Source of the DNA: a virus
DNA: 64,000 nt
IMG/VR virus record: IMGVR_UViG_3300036861_000806
Coordinates: 26,955 to 90,954 of that record
Reading direction: 5' to 3' (one strand)
Below, one piece after another: positions 17,698 to 27,338 of the stretch. Under the pieces are notes generated by a model that worked only from the letters and a program-made list of their open reading frames with translations, did not search any database and was not told the origin of the DNA. Position 1 is the stretch's first letter; each line of letters starts with the position of its first letter. A program made the position numbers and the translations under genes.

Positions 17698-18189
17698 ATG
17701 GACAAGACAGCGAGCGCCCCCGAGACCCTGCTGGAAGCCATCCGCTACTTTTCCGACCCCGATGTGTGCCTCTCGTTCATGGTTCAACTGCGGTGGCCGA
17801 ACGGCGACGTGCGCTGTCCGACGTGCGGGAGCAACGGTACCTCGTTCATCTCGACTCGCCGTGTGTGGACTTGCCGCGAGAACCACGAGCGCAAGCAGTT
17901 CTCCATCAAGGTCGGCACGATCTTCGAGGACAGCCCGATCCCGCTGGACAAGTGGCTCGCGGCCATGTGGCTTATCGCCAACGCGAAGAACGGGGTTAGC
18001 TCCTACGAGATCGCGCGCTCGCTCGACGTGACGCAGAAGACCGCGTGGTTCATGCTCCATAGGATTCGGCTGGCGATGCAGGATGGTTCCGTCGAGAATC
18101 TGCGCGGCACGATAGAAGCCGACGAGACCTTCATCGGGGGTAAGGTCCGCAACATGCACAAGGCGAAGCGTGCGCGCGTACGACGGTGA
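17698..18189 (+). pseudogene. Truncated IS1595 transposase
   Basis: Zn ribbon CPTCG, GTIFEDS, QKTAWFMLHRIR, IEADETFIGG, then an early stop; lacks the second D and the E. Confidence 0.85.
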
Positions 18190-18286
18190 CTCATTTATGT
18201 TGTGGCCTATCTGCAACATCCTCAGACCACTGCGGTTGCGGCGTAGGGTCAATTCTTGATGCCAGGCGCAGAAGGGACAGAGAGAT

Positions 18287-18730
18287 ATGCCGGAGAATGA
18301 CCGCAAGCCGCCTCACTTGCAAGCCCTCCTGTTTTCACAGGGCGCCATGGAAATGGCCGAGGATGAGACCCCAGGCAAGAGTCTTATTGGCATCCTCTCG
18401 CGCGTATTCGTGCCGAGCGGAGCAACCCATTTACCGAAGCTGTGGGTATATCTGAATATGTTTGGCGTCTCCGGACATTTCACGGTGCGTCTTGAGTGGC
18501 GCAAGGATGACGAGACGTTATCGCGTCTAAGTAGGGAGTGGGAGCACGGTAACCCAAGCCGCGCCGTCGAGATTGCGGCACAGGCGACCCTGCCCGTTAG
18601 AGGGGCTGGCGTATATAAAATGTGGGCCATGCTGGGAGAAGAAGTACTCGGGCGTACGGCGATGACGGTGGAAGTCATAGACAATATGCAACCGACCCTA
18701 GATCGCGAAGAGGGGGACTGGGATGGATGA
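18287..18730 (+). CDS. IS cargo hypothetical protein
   Basis: Lower-GC ORF inside the TIRs. Confidence 0.6.
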   Translation: MPENDRKPPHLQALLFSQGAMEMAEDETPGKSLIGILSRVFVPSGATHLPKLWVYLNMFGVSGHFTVRLEWRKDDETLSRLSREWEHGNPSRAVEIAAQATLPVRGAGVYKMWAMLGEEVLGRTAMTVEVIDNMQPTLDREEGDWDG

Positions 18731-18869
18731 CCTAGAGAAGCAGAAGACCGTAACACCATGGGAACGCTTCGTCTCCCTCGCCCGTAAGGTGACGCAGACG
18801 CCGAAGACCGAGGTAGAGAAGCGGGAGAAGGAGTGGCGGAGGGCGAAGCGGCGCCGAGAATCATCGTAG
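18723..18869 (+). CDS. Small basic IS1595-associated peptide
   Basis: MDDLEKQKTVTPWERFVSLARKVTQTPKTEVEKREKEWRR; similar to 30328-30495. Confidence 0.6.
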   Translation: MDDLEKQKTVTPWERFVSLARKVTQTPKTEVEKREKEWRRAKRRRESS

Positions 18870-18996
18870 GCGCAGTCTCTTTGGCCGAGGAAGCGTTACG
18901 ATCACGCGCTCCGCATCCGTCTCCGTCTGCTCTCTGAAGAACCAGCGCAACGCATCGCCGGTCGGATGAAAGAGCTGGTATCGCGACGACTGACCC

Positions 18997-19719
18997 TCAA
19001 CAAGCCGCAGGAGCGCCGACTTCAAGCCGCGTCATGATCCATGCCAGCATGTCCGCTGCCTGTAGACCGTACGCATCCTTCTTATCGATCGCCGTGTGCG
19101 AGATGTATCTGTACTGCTGCTTGTGTTCGGGGTTGCTTGTGATGGCCGTCAACAACGCGTTGGCCTCGCTCCAGAACTGATGACCGCTCTCGAAGACATA
19201 CGCGATGCGGCTATCGTCGTGTTTCTCATCCATCCAGAAAGCGGTCACGCGCAGAACGACCTGGCACGTAGCGGAGTAAATGCTGCCGAAGTACTCCGTC
19301 CAGTCGGGCGGCGCCATGGCTTCGAATTCTGCCTGGCTAAACTGGACCGAGACGCCAAAGTACGTGTGCTTTCGGACCGCATCGACGGCCTGTCGGAGAA
19401 CTTCGGCGCGCTGTTCTACTGACCACCCCTTGTATTGATCGGTGGCCGCATAAAGCGCGGTCATGTGGAAGTGCGTCGTAGGACGCGGGCCAGCATCGCG
19501 CAGCATACGTGCCCACTTGCGCTTGAAGTGCTCGTACCCCTTAGGCCGAAAGATGTAGCCTGCGACGCTGATAGGCTCCGTGCCTTCAAGCCGCGCGCTC
19601 TCGTCGAGATAGCCCCCCAGGATCATGACGAGGCCGGGGGCGCCGTCACCGAGGATGACCCGCAGAATCTCTAGTAGAGAGTCCTGGGGCGGATGCGCGG
19701 CGACAGCTACGGCACTCAC
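18997..19719 (-). CDS. DUF3800-like (RNase H fold) IS cargo protein
   Basis: YLDES, FHMT, YVFESG, GLQAADMLAW motifs. Confidence 0.75.
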   Translation of the reverse strand: MSAVAVAAHPPQDSLLEILRVILGDGAPGLVMILGGYLDESARLEGTEPISVAGYIFRPKGYEHFKRKWARMLRDAGPRPTTHFHMTALYAATDQYKGWSVEQRAEVLRQAVDAVRKHTYFGVSVQFSQAEFEAMAPPDWTEYFGSIYSATCQVVLRVTAFWMDEKHDDSRIAYVFESGHQFWSEANALLTAITSNPEHKQQYRYISHTAIDKKDAYGLQAADMLAWIMTRLEVGAPAAC

Positions 19720-20372
19720 CGCACGCCTCCGCCCGCTGGACCTTCGCGGTCACCTTTAGCCGCTCCTTCGTCTTGCCCCCCACCCGTTGTACCGTCTGGG
19801 GCCGTGTGAGTCAAGTATGTTGTTGCCCCTGCCTCATTGGCTGGACGCCCTACGTCGGGGCGCGCGCGACGGCGATTCAGGCGGCGGCGTAGGGCGCCGG
19901 TTTCGCGCGGGTGGCAGCGCCAACACAGCGTCCGCAAATTGTCGAGCCCGCAGGCCCCGCCACCCTCAGCGACCGGAATGATGTGATCCGCCTGCCAGAG
20001 CGCCGGCAGTCGGGCACTGAGCGGCCAACCCGAGTAGTGGATACGAATAGTCATCAGGATGTCCCCGTGCTGAACGCTGACTCGCCATCGCGTCGTCTCA
20101 AGCGGCGGCCCTTCGGCGATGCGCCGCCGTAACTCGGCCTCAAGGCGAGGCTTCACGACCTCCGTCTCGAGACGGCAGAGCACGCACACACCGCGATCAC
20201 GTCGAAACACTTCATGGCGCGCAGTCGCGGCACTCGCGCGAATCTGATACTGGCGCACGCACTCATCGGAGCACCACGTTCGGCGTCGGCCGCTGACGGA
20301 CGCGCCGCACCAGCGGCACTCGCCCTTCTGTCGCTTGGGGAGTGCCCCTAGGTGAAGCTGCCGGCGCATCAC
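19716..20372 (-). CDS. HNH endonuclease, 3' end altered by IS insertion
   Basis: CRWCG..WCSDEC, RDRGVCVLC, WQADHIIPVAEGGG..LDNLRTLCWRCH. Confidence 0.85.
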   Translation of the reverse strand: MMRRQLHLGALPKRQKGECRWCGASVSGRRRTWCSDECVRQYQIRASAATARHEVFRRDRGVCVLCRLETEVVKPRLEAELRRRIAEGPPLETTRWRVSVQHGDILMTIRIHYSGWPLSARLPALWQADHIIPVAEGGGACGLDNLRTLCWRCHPRETGALRRRLNRRRARPDVGRPANEAGATTYLTHTAPDGTTGGGQDEGAAKGDREGPAGGGVR

Positions 20373-20571
20373 AGCAAGACCTGGTAGTGCATCAGTTTCA
20401 AGTAGTCCGGGTGCTCACGGCGACGCCTCATGGGCATCACAAGTCCCCACTGTTTACGCGGGTCTGGGGCCGGTGCAGTTGTTCTTGACAGTAGTCATTG
20501 CTATGCTGCAGCGCGCACGCAATGGATCGCCCCCGAGGGCGGAACGACCGGATACCCGAGGAGGATTTGCG

Positions 20572-21396
20572 ATGCTGAACGAGGATGGCCATTCCGTGAA
20601 GGGCTGCACGATTATCTATGCCCCGGCCGGTCAAGCCGGCGAATACGCGAAACTCGCCGTGAACCCCTACCGCGGCTGTGGTCACGGCTGCTCCTACTGC
20701 TACGTGCCGGCAGCAATCCGCATGAGCCGCGAAGCCTTCGACCGAGGGGCCGCGCCGAAGCCGGATTTCCTTGCGCGCCTGATCCACGATGCGGAGAAGT
20801 ACCGGGCGCACGGGGTTCGCGAACAGGTCATGCTCTCGTTCACCACCGACCCCTACAACCCTGATGATGTCGAGCATCAACTCACGCGCCGGTGCTTGGT
20901 CGCGCTCAAGGATCACGGGCTCGGCATCTGCACGCTGACCAAGGGCGGCGCACGGGCGCTTCGAGATATTGATCTCTTCCGTCCCGAGCGCGATGCATTC
21001 GCCTCCACGCTGACCACGCTCGACCCGGAACAGTCGCGGGAATGGGAGCGCGGCGCCGCGCTCCCCGCTGACCGCCTCGCCACGCTGGAGCAGTTTCACG
21101 CCGCCGGCATTTTTACATGGGTGAGTCTCGAGCCGGTCTACGACACGGCGATGACGATCGAACTGATCAAGCGGACGGCCGGCTACGTGGATCTCTACAA
21201 GATAGGGCGGATCAATTACCACCGGATCACGCGCGAGATTGACTGGTGCCAGTTCACCGCCGATGTCCTGCGAGTGGTCAACGACTTGGGCAAGCAGCAC
21301 TACATCAAGCGCGATCTCCAGCCGTTCTTGCCGTCGGGGTACAGCAACCCGAAGTATGTGAATCAGGTGCGCGCTCACGAGACCGCCTCACGCTGA
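20572..21396 (+). CDS. Radical SAM protein (SPL/Rv2578c-like)
   Basis: NPYRGCGHGCSYCY (CxxxCxxC), TTDPY, TLTKG, WVSLEP; GAGGAG RBS; TTGACA at 20485. Confidence 0.9.
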   Translation: MLNEDGHSVKGCTIIYAPAGQAGEYAKLAVNPYRGCGHGCSYCYVPAAIRMSREAFDRGAAPKPDFLARLIHDAEKYRAHGVREQVMLSFTTDPYNPDDVEHQLTRRCLVALKDHGLGICTLTKGGARALRDIDLFRPERDAFASTLTTLDPEQSREWERGAALPADRLATLEQFHAAGIFTWVSLEPVYDTAMTIELIKRTAGYVDLYKIGRINYHRITREIDWCQFTADVLRVVNDLGKQHYIKRDLQPFLPSGYSNPKYVNQVRAHETASR

Positions 21397-21469
21397 CCGC
21401 TCGCTTCAAGCACCACGCCGAGATACCGGGCGGCGGCGGTGGTCGTGTCCAGCGCACGCCACTGCCACG

Positions 21470-22546
21470 TCACGGCGCCGCCTCATGCCGCAATTCCGCT
21501 ACATCCTCATATCCCAACCGATAGGCCGAGGCCCGGAAGTCCATCGGCGGGGCTGATGGCCGTCCTGCGGCGGCATCCCGCCCTCCGATGACGAACGCGT
21601 CGATGAGTGCCGTGCTGCGGCGCCGGTTGCCAGATCGGCCATGGCGCGTGGGCCAGAAGATCCGGCGGGCCCGCACGATCGCCGGGTGTGGGTAGGCCCG
21701 CACATAGGCGGCGAGGACCTCGCGCCAGCCGAACTGTCGTCGGTCGGACAGCGCGGCGTATGTTCGGCAGACCCGCTCATAGTCGGCCGCAGTGTCAACC
21801 GACAGTTTGATCGCTGAGCGGTCGGCGCCATCGGGACACCTCACGTTCACGATGTCGAGGGCGTGCTCCACCATCCACGTTGTCACATGCTCGCGTGCGC
21901 CATTGCCGGCCGCCGCGGCAGCGGCGAGGAGCGTACGGCGGTCAAAAGTCTCGACATCATTGCCATCATACCAGCTCGGCGGGTGGACGTTCGACGCGTA
22001 GGCGGTCGCCCACACGCCGCGTCGGCGTCTCTCGCGAAACACCCGCAGCACTTCGCCGGCCACGAGCGGGTCCAGCAGCGGGCAATCGGCCGTGAGCCGG
22101 ACGATCACATCGGCGCCAATCGTCTCGGCAGCGATGACAAACCGGCCGAGCACATCCCGCTCCGACCCGCGGGCGACGCGTGCGCCAGCCGCACGGGCGA
22201 GATGAGCGATGCGATCATCCTCGGGCCGGTCGCTCGTGGCGACGCAGACTATATCAATGCCGGGGATTGCTTGAGCACGGTTGATGACGTGGGCGAGGAT
22301 CGTTTGGGGCGCGCCGCCTTTGCCGCAGGCCGCTGGTGTACGCGGCAGGAGGCGGAGGACCTTGCCGGGAAGGCGTGTCGAGCCGGTGCGGGCTTGGATG
22401 ATGGCGGCGGTGGTCACTTTCGTCGCGCCTTCATGTAGCCACGCATGTAGCAATTCCGAGAACAATGACGGAGTTTCATGTTGCTCGATTTCGAGATGGT
22501 GAACTGCTTCCCGCAGCTCGAACAAAAACGCACGATCGGAAGACAA
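21470..22546 (-). CDS. Nonulosonate cytidylyltransferase (SpsF/PseF-like)
   Basis: AIIQARTGSTRLPGKVL, RGSERDVLGRF, VRLTADCPLLDP, REHVT, LSVDTAADY. Confidence 0.9.
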   Translation of the reverse strand: MSSDRAFLFELREAVHHLEIEQHETPSLFSELLHAWLHEGATKVTTAAIIQARTGSTRLPGKVLRLLPRTPAACGKGGAPQTILAHVINRAQAIPGIDIVCVATSDRPEDDRIAHLARAAGARVARGSERDVLGRFVIAAETIGADVIVRLTADCPLLDPLVAGEVLRVFRERRRRGVWATAYASNVHPPSWYDGNDVETFDRRTLLAAAAAAGNGAREHVTTWMVEHALDIVNVRCPDGADRSAIKLSVDTAADYERVCRTYAALSDRRQFGWREVLAAYVRAYPHPAIVRARRIFWPTRHGRSGNRRRSTALIDAFVIGGRDAAAGRPSAPPMDFRASAYRLGYEDVAELRHEAAP

Positions 22547-22589
22547 CGGCAGTACGGGCAGGTATGGCGGCGGTCGCCGGGGGCGATCA

Positions 22590-23219
22590 TCAGGTTAGCC
22601 GCGCGGGCTCATCGCGCCCACCGAAACCGCCACGAAAGTGCTCGATGCTCTGGCCCTTGGGATCTTGCGCTTGACCACGCCATCCCAACTCAGCCCACCG
22701 CACCCCGCGCGCTTTCAACGCCATCAGCGCGTGCCAAATGACGGCATGCTGGAGGTCGTCATCCACTGAGGCGCCCGACGCATAATAGCTCCAGTCGGCA
22801 TGGCGGATCGCGTAGGCGAAGGCGAGCGGCGCGGCGCCGTCATACGCAAGCACGAGGAGCCCAGCGCCCGCCGCGAGCCAGTCGGTCATGAGTTGCCACG
22901 TGGCCAGCGGGCGCGTAACGCGGCCAGCGCAGCGAAGATGCAGCACGCGGGCGATCTCGGTGTCGGTGGCGAGCCTGAAGTTGAGCTGCCGGTTAGCCCC
23001 GTTGATCAGCGCCTTGTAGGACTTCCGGAGCCCGGTCCAGAGTTCCGCCTCGCTCGGGCTCAAGTCGAGGATTCTCGTCTGCCACGTCGCGGTGGCGAGG
23101 AGACGTGAGCGGGTGCCGGGTGGGCCGTCGTGGAGCGCCTCGTAGGCATGCCACGCGGGGGACGACCACCACGCGGCGGCGTGGGGGCGCCAGGCGGTAT
23201 CGGGCGGCGCGGTGATCAC
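22590..23219 (-). CDS. GNAT/FemAB-like acyltransferase
   Basis: ILDLSPSEAELWTGLRKSYKALI, YYASGAS, IEHFRGGFGG. Confidence 0.75.
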   Translation of the reverse strand: MITAPPDTAWRPHAAAWWSSPAWHAYEALHDGPPGTRSRLLATATWQTRILDLSPSEAELWTGLRKSYKALINGANRQLNFRLATDTEIARVLHLRCAGRVTRPLATWQLMTDWLAAGAGLLVLAYDGAAPLAFAYAIRHADWSYYASGASVDDDLQHAVIWHALMALKARGVRWAELGWRGQAQDPKGQSIEHFRGGFGGRDEPARLT

Positions 23220-23521
23220 CCATCCGTCCTCGTCGGAGGCTCCGGTTCGCGGTCGAATCGAACGTGCGCTTGGAGATCTCCAGCGAGAGAGCCGGCCCGC
23301 CGCAGTCGCGCTTCTTCTTCTGCCACGGTCGTCTCGTCTGGGAGCAGCTCGCTCTGCACATAGAACCGCAGGGTGCCGCGATACTTGACCACCTCGTCAA
23401 CGAGCCGATAGAGCTTCGCGCGGTCGGCTGGAACGTACGCGTAGTCGAGTTCGCGTAGCCCCTTCGTCAGCGCGAAGACAGCGTCATCCATCCACTCGTG
23501 CCAGTCACAGTGATCGGTCAT
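23216..23521 (-). CDS. Hypothetical protein
   Basis: Overlap-coupled on both sides within the operon. Confidence 0.55.
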   Translation of the reverse strand: MTDHCDWHEWMDDAVFALTKGLRELDYAYVPADRAKLYRLVDEVVKYRGTLRFYVQSELLPDETTVAEEEARLRRAGSLAGDLQAHVRFDREPEPPTRTDG

Positions 23522-24348
23522 GCTCCCACCCCCACCCGGTACCGCAGGAACGGCTCCTCCGCCGGTGCGGATCCCAGCGTCGAATCGCCCAGCATCATCT
23601 CAGCTTCCCGGATCAGTCGCACGTACTCCCGCGCCTCGTCGGGTGTGCGCGCGACGGCGTAGTCCGCGTTGTTGGGAGACGTGTCCTCCAAACGAACGTG
23701 GAATTCCACTACACGCGCACCGGCGGCGACCGCGTAGGCGCCAGCACGAGGATTGCGGGAGTGGTCGGAGAAGCCCTGGCGAGGCTGGTGGCCATCATAC
23801 CCGGTATGTAGCGCGGCAAGCCCGAGCTGGTCATCCGGACACGGGTACGCGCTGCGGCAGTGCAGGATGGTGATATCGGGAGCACGCTGGGGATCGTGAT
23901 TGTAAACCATGTTTCGATATGCATCCCTTGACCACCCTAGACTCGCGCCCATCCCGGCACTGATGATCAGCGGCTTCTCAGGCCAGCAGCCATGCAGCGC
24001 GACGAAGGGGACGTCGGTCGCCTCGAAGGACGAGATCTTGAACCGTGAGACGTGCTCCGCGATGGTGGGGACATCCTCGGGGAGATAGACCGTGCAGAGG
24101 AACTCCAGCCCTTGAGCGCGTGCATGAGCCGCGAGCTTCGGTAGCCACTCGCGCGGGAACGCGAGCAGGCGGTAGGCGTCGAGGTACTCGGGGGCGCGGC
24201 GACGTTCGGCGAGGCGCTCGGGGGAGGAGCACCACTGAAACTTACAGGCGTCGGCGTGGATCTCGGCGGCTAATTCGATCAGCCGGTACGCCTTATCGAG
24301 GTCGCCGTCGTGGGTGGCGGCGGCCTCACAGACTACAAACGTCGTCAT
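23518..24348 (-). CDS. neuB: N-acetylneuraminate/pseudaminate synthase family (NeuB/PseI), no SAF domain
   Basis: VCEAAATHDGDL, ADACKFQ, FKISSFE, ILHCRSAYP, GFSDHS, VVEFH. Confidence 0.9.
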   Translation of the reverse strand: MTTFVVCEAAATHDGDLDKAYRLIELAAEIHADACKFQWCSSPERLAERRRAPEYLDAYRLLAFPREWLPKLAAHARAQGLEFLCTVYLPEDVPTIAEHVSRFKISSFEATDVPFVALHGCWPEKPLIISAGMGASLGWSRDAYRNMVYNHDPQRAPDITILHCRSAYPCPDDQLGLAALHTGYDGHQPRQGFSDHSRNPRAGAYAVAAGARVVEFHVRLEDTSPNNADYAVARTPDEAREYVRLIREAEMMLGDSTLGSAPAEEPFLRYRVGVGA

Positions 24349-24737
24349 CGTCTCTCGATCCTTTCACAGGCGACAAGGTCGTTCATGCGATGGACTTCTT
24401 TTCCCACCCTAACTATTATCGTTCTTTTCCGGTTCGCAGGTCCTTCGTAGAATCCACGTCTCACGTTGTCGTCTGTCAGCGGTGCGTCGGACTCGAAGCC
24501 GATCTGGGCTCCAACGATGGCGTTGAGCAGCGCGGAGCGGTTGCGGTCGAGCACGCGCTCAAGGCGCGCCGTTGTCTCAGCGGAAATGGGCTCTGCCGAT
24601 CCAACAAGGGGAAAGCGAAGCCACACGGCGCCGTCGTGGACCGCCACGTCATCATCGCTCGCGATGGCATTGATGCGGAGAGCGTCGTTGTGAAGCACCC
24701 ACTGGTTATAGATATTTCGGTAGGCGTTCTTCGTCAT
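24345..24737 (-). CDS. Hypothetical protein
   Basis: AAAGGA RBS; coupled to neuB. Confidence 0.55.
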   Translation of the reverse strand: MTKNAYRNIYNQWVLHNDALRINAIASDDDVAVHDGAVWLRFPLVGSAEPISAETTARLERVLDRNRSALLNAIVGAQIGFESDAPLTDDNVRRGFYEGPANRKRTIIVRVGKEVHRMNDLVACERIERR

Positions 24738-25146
24738 TGGCCCTATCCTTTCCTTTTCCTCTCCGACGCGATGGCTAGACTCCGGCGCTCATCATCGGTT
24801 TCATAGCGGCTCCTCCTCCTCCTGCCACGCGCCGTCTTCTCCGACGGTGAAGATGCGCGTCGTCTCCCCCTTGAAGTTGACGAGCTTAATCTCAATGATT
24901 GGGTATGCGTATTGCGTAACCGTCTTCCCGCTCCCCCGGTCAAGGAACGTGATGATGGCGGCTGCGTAGGGGTCGCTCATCGCCGTTCAAGTGCCAGTTC
25001 ACACGTTTCGTCTATCCAATCGGCCGCCTCGCGCATGATGGCTGTATCAACATAGGGCGCGCCGAACTGACCGTAACGCTGACCGCTGACCTCGCGATCC
25101 ACGAATGTGGCAAGCGCTCGAAGCTCGCGTGCCAGATCTCGAGACA

Positions 25147-26541
25147 TCATCGGGTAATCCTCCATGCGGGCGCCGGGTCGATCGGGTCTCCCTCGACCCG
25201 CGCGCGGACGTCGCCGGCCGCGATCGCCTCGATGACGATCGCCATCGCCTCGTCGCAGGCCCCCAGCAGCGCGTCGACGTCGGCGTCCGTATGCGCGAGC
25301 ATGAGGTTCATCCCCTCTGGGTGGATCAAGTGGCCGCGCCTCACCGTCTCCTGGAAGAACAGCGACGCGCGATGCCGGTTCGGAGGAGTGGTGGAGGCCT
25401 GCGGACTCGAACCGCTTCTGTATGGCCTACCCGCGTCGGCAGACTGATGACCACCATTTGCCTTCTGACTGCGCGGGACTCCCTCGGCCCCCATTTCCTC
25501 GTCCCACCGGATCACCGGATGCGGTGGCTGTCCGACCGCGCGCGTCGGCGCTCCGTGCTTCTCCGCGAGCGCGTTGTACCCCTCGATGATCCGCGCACCG
25601 AGCCACGCCATGTGCTCGCAGACCCCGCCTTGCTGGTAACGCGCGAGCGTCGCATCGGCGGCGGCGAGTCCGATCAGGTCGCCGCCGAACGTGCCAGAGG
25701 CCAAGCGCGCCCAGCGCATCGGCTCGGCGCGGCCAACCAGCGCGGCCAGCGCGTAGCCATTGGCGAGGGCTTTCCCGAACGTCGCCAAGTCGGGCGTTAC
25801 GCCGCAAAGGGCTTGGTAGCCACCCGCGTGCCAGCGGAAGCCCGTGACCATCTCGTCGAAGATCAGGAGGGCACCCCAGCGATCGCAGCGCTCGCGGAGG
25901 CCCTCAAGGAAGCCCGGCGAGGGTGGTTCGATCAGCGTGGGCTCGACAATGACGGCGGCGATATCCTGAGTGCTGAAGTTCCCGAAGATGTCATCCGCGC
26001 CGTCCCGGTCGAGAGCGGCGAGGTCGTTGTACTCGAACGATACTGACAACTCCGTCATCGCCTCCGGCACCCCCGGGTGCTCCGGCCGTGTCACCGCATA
26101 CCAGCTGTGCCAACCGTGATATCCGCAACAGAGAACCACGTCGCGCCCCGTGTGCGCGCGGGCGACGCGGATAGCTGCCTCGGTCGCCTCGGACCCCGTC
26201 TTGAAGAAACGCACGGATTCGGCGCAGGGGATCAGGTCAACGAGCCGCTGAGCGACGCGCTCCTCTAGTTCGACGTTTGGGAGCGAGAAGATCGGGCCGT
26301 CCATGACCTGCTTGATTACAGCCCCTTCGACCGCCTCGTCACGGTAGCCGAGGCTAACGGCGCCGAGACCGCAGATCCAATCAACGAAGCCGCGGCCCGG
26401 TCCAGTCAACCTCCACTCGAACACCCTCGCGCCAGAACCTCGATACAAAGACCTCGGGTACACGCCGGGGAATCTGCCGCGCATTTTACTCAGCGTCATC
26501 GCGCCGCCGGGGATCAGCTCGACCGCCGCCTCCGTCGTCAT
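25147..26541 (-). CDS. Class III PLP aminotransferase (GSA-aminomutase-like; probable sugar aminotransferase)
   Basis: RFFKTGSEAT, YHGWHSW, LIFDEMVTGFR, PDLATFGKALANG. Confidence 0.88.
   Translation of the reverse strand: MTTEAAVELIPGGAMTLSKMRGRFPGVYPRSLYRGSGARVFEWRLTGPGRGFVDWICGLGAVSLGYRDEAVEGAVIKQVMDGPIFSLPNVELEERVAQRLVDLIPCAESVRFFKTGSEATEAAIRVARAHTGRDVVLCCGYHGWHSWYAVTRPEHPGVPEAMTELSVSFEYNDLAALDRDGADDIFGNFSTQDIAAVIVEPTLIEPPSPGFLEGLRERCDRWGALLIFDEMVTGFRWHAGGYQALCGVTPDLATFGKALANGYALAALVGRAEPMRWARLASGTFGGDLIGLAAADATLARYQQGGVCEHMAWLGARIIEGYNALAEKHGAPTRAVGQPPHPVIRWDEEMGAEGVPRSQKANGGHQSADAGRPYRSGSSPQASTTPPNRHRASLFFQETVRRGHLIHPEGMNLMLAHTDADVDALLGACDEAMAIVIEAIAAGDVRARVEGDPIDPAPAWRITR
25389..25492 (-). 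ncRNA. tRNA/tmRNA-like 104-nt element embedded in frame in the aminotransferase
   Basis: 5' GGGGGCC pairs with 3' GGCCTCC-A-CCA (G3:U70); T-loop GCGG-TTCGAGT-CCGC; internal CCCGCG/CGCGGG stem. Confidence 0.55.
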
Positions 26542-27338
26542 TGCGCCTCTTCCGCCGGAAACACCCAGCCGGCGTAGTCGGCCGCACGGCGCACCGCGCG
26601 GCCCGTGCTAAGGATCGCGTCGCGCACGCAGGCGGCGGCCGCCGCCACGCCGACGCCCACGAGCGCCACCCCCAGGCCAACGTACCCATCGCTCAGGGCC
26701 ATCCAGGAGAAGCTGCTAAACAGCAGCAGCATAAAGACGGCGCCGATACCGCCGGCGCTCGGCGTCTCGAATTGGTAGCGCTTTCGGACGGCGAGTGCCC
26801 AGCGCCCCCGGCGGCTCCGAGACCGAGACGCGATGGCCTCGAACGGCTCCAGCGCCTCGGCCCAGCGGGCGAGCAGGAAACGCTGGCCGCCCCGCACGCC
26901 TACGAGGATCGGCGACAGCCCCGTCGCCGGGGCGCGGCGCAGCTCGGGCGTCCAGACCTCTAGCGCATCGAAGCTGGGACGCGCCTCCGCGATCGCGTCG
27001 CGCACGCGCCTCGGCACCGGCCACTCCAGGGAGGCCCACGCGCGCACGGCCTGACCGAACCAGATGCCGGCGTCGCGGTCTCGGTCGGTGTTGTAGCTCG
27101 ACGGATAGCGCCAGCGCCAGACCGCGAGCTCCGCGTCGGTCAGGAGGTGGCCGCCCACGCCCGCCAGCTGCCGCGTCCGCCTCGCAAGTGCGGCGAACCC
27201 CAGCTCGGTGTACTCCTCCACGTCGCGGTCGATGTCGCCGGGCGGCGCCGCCTGCGCGGGCATCGGGTCCGCGTAGATCTCCACGTTCCAGGGCTCGCCC
27301 GCGTCCCGCGCGACTAGTAAGGTCGAGGCATTCGTCAT
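26538..27338 (-). CDS. Hypothetical membrane protein
   Basis: AGGAGG RBS before MTNAS; two C-terminal hydrophobic helices. Confidence 0.6.
   Translation of the reverse strand: MTNASTLLVARDAGEPWNVEIYADPMPAQAAPPGDIDRDVEEYTELGFAALARRTRQLAGVGGHLLTDAELAVWRWRYPSSYNTDRDRDAGIWFGQAVRAWASLEWPVPRRVRDAIAEARPSFDALEVWTPELRRAPATGLSPILVGVRGGQRFLLARWAEALEPFEAIASRSRSRRGRWALAVRKRYQFETPSAGGIGAVFMLLLFSSFSWMALSDGYVGLGVALVGVGVAAAAACVRDAILSTGRAVRRAADYAGWVFPAEEAQ

Larger units (their letters stand above)
17650..19827 (+). mobile_element. IS1595-family element C (non-autonomous, with cargo)
   Basis: Imperfect ~24-bp TIRs GGCAATAATATACTTGACACAC / GGCAACAACATACTTGACTCAC; perfect 8-bp TSD CCTGCCTC (17642-17649, 19828-19835). 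Confidence 0.9.
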
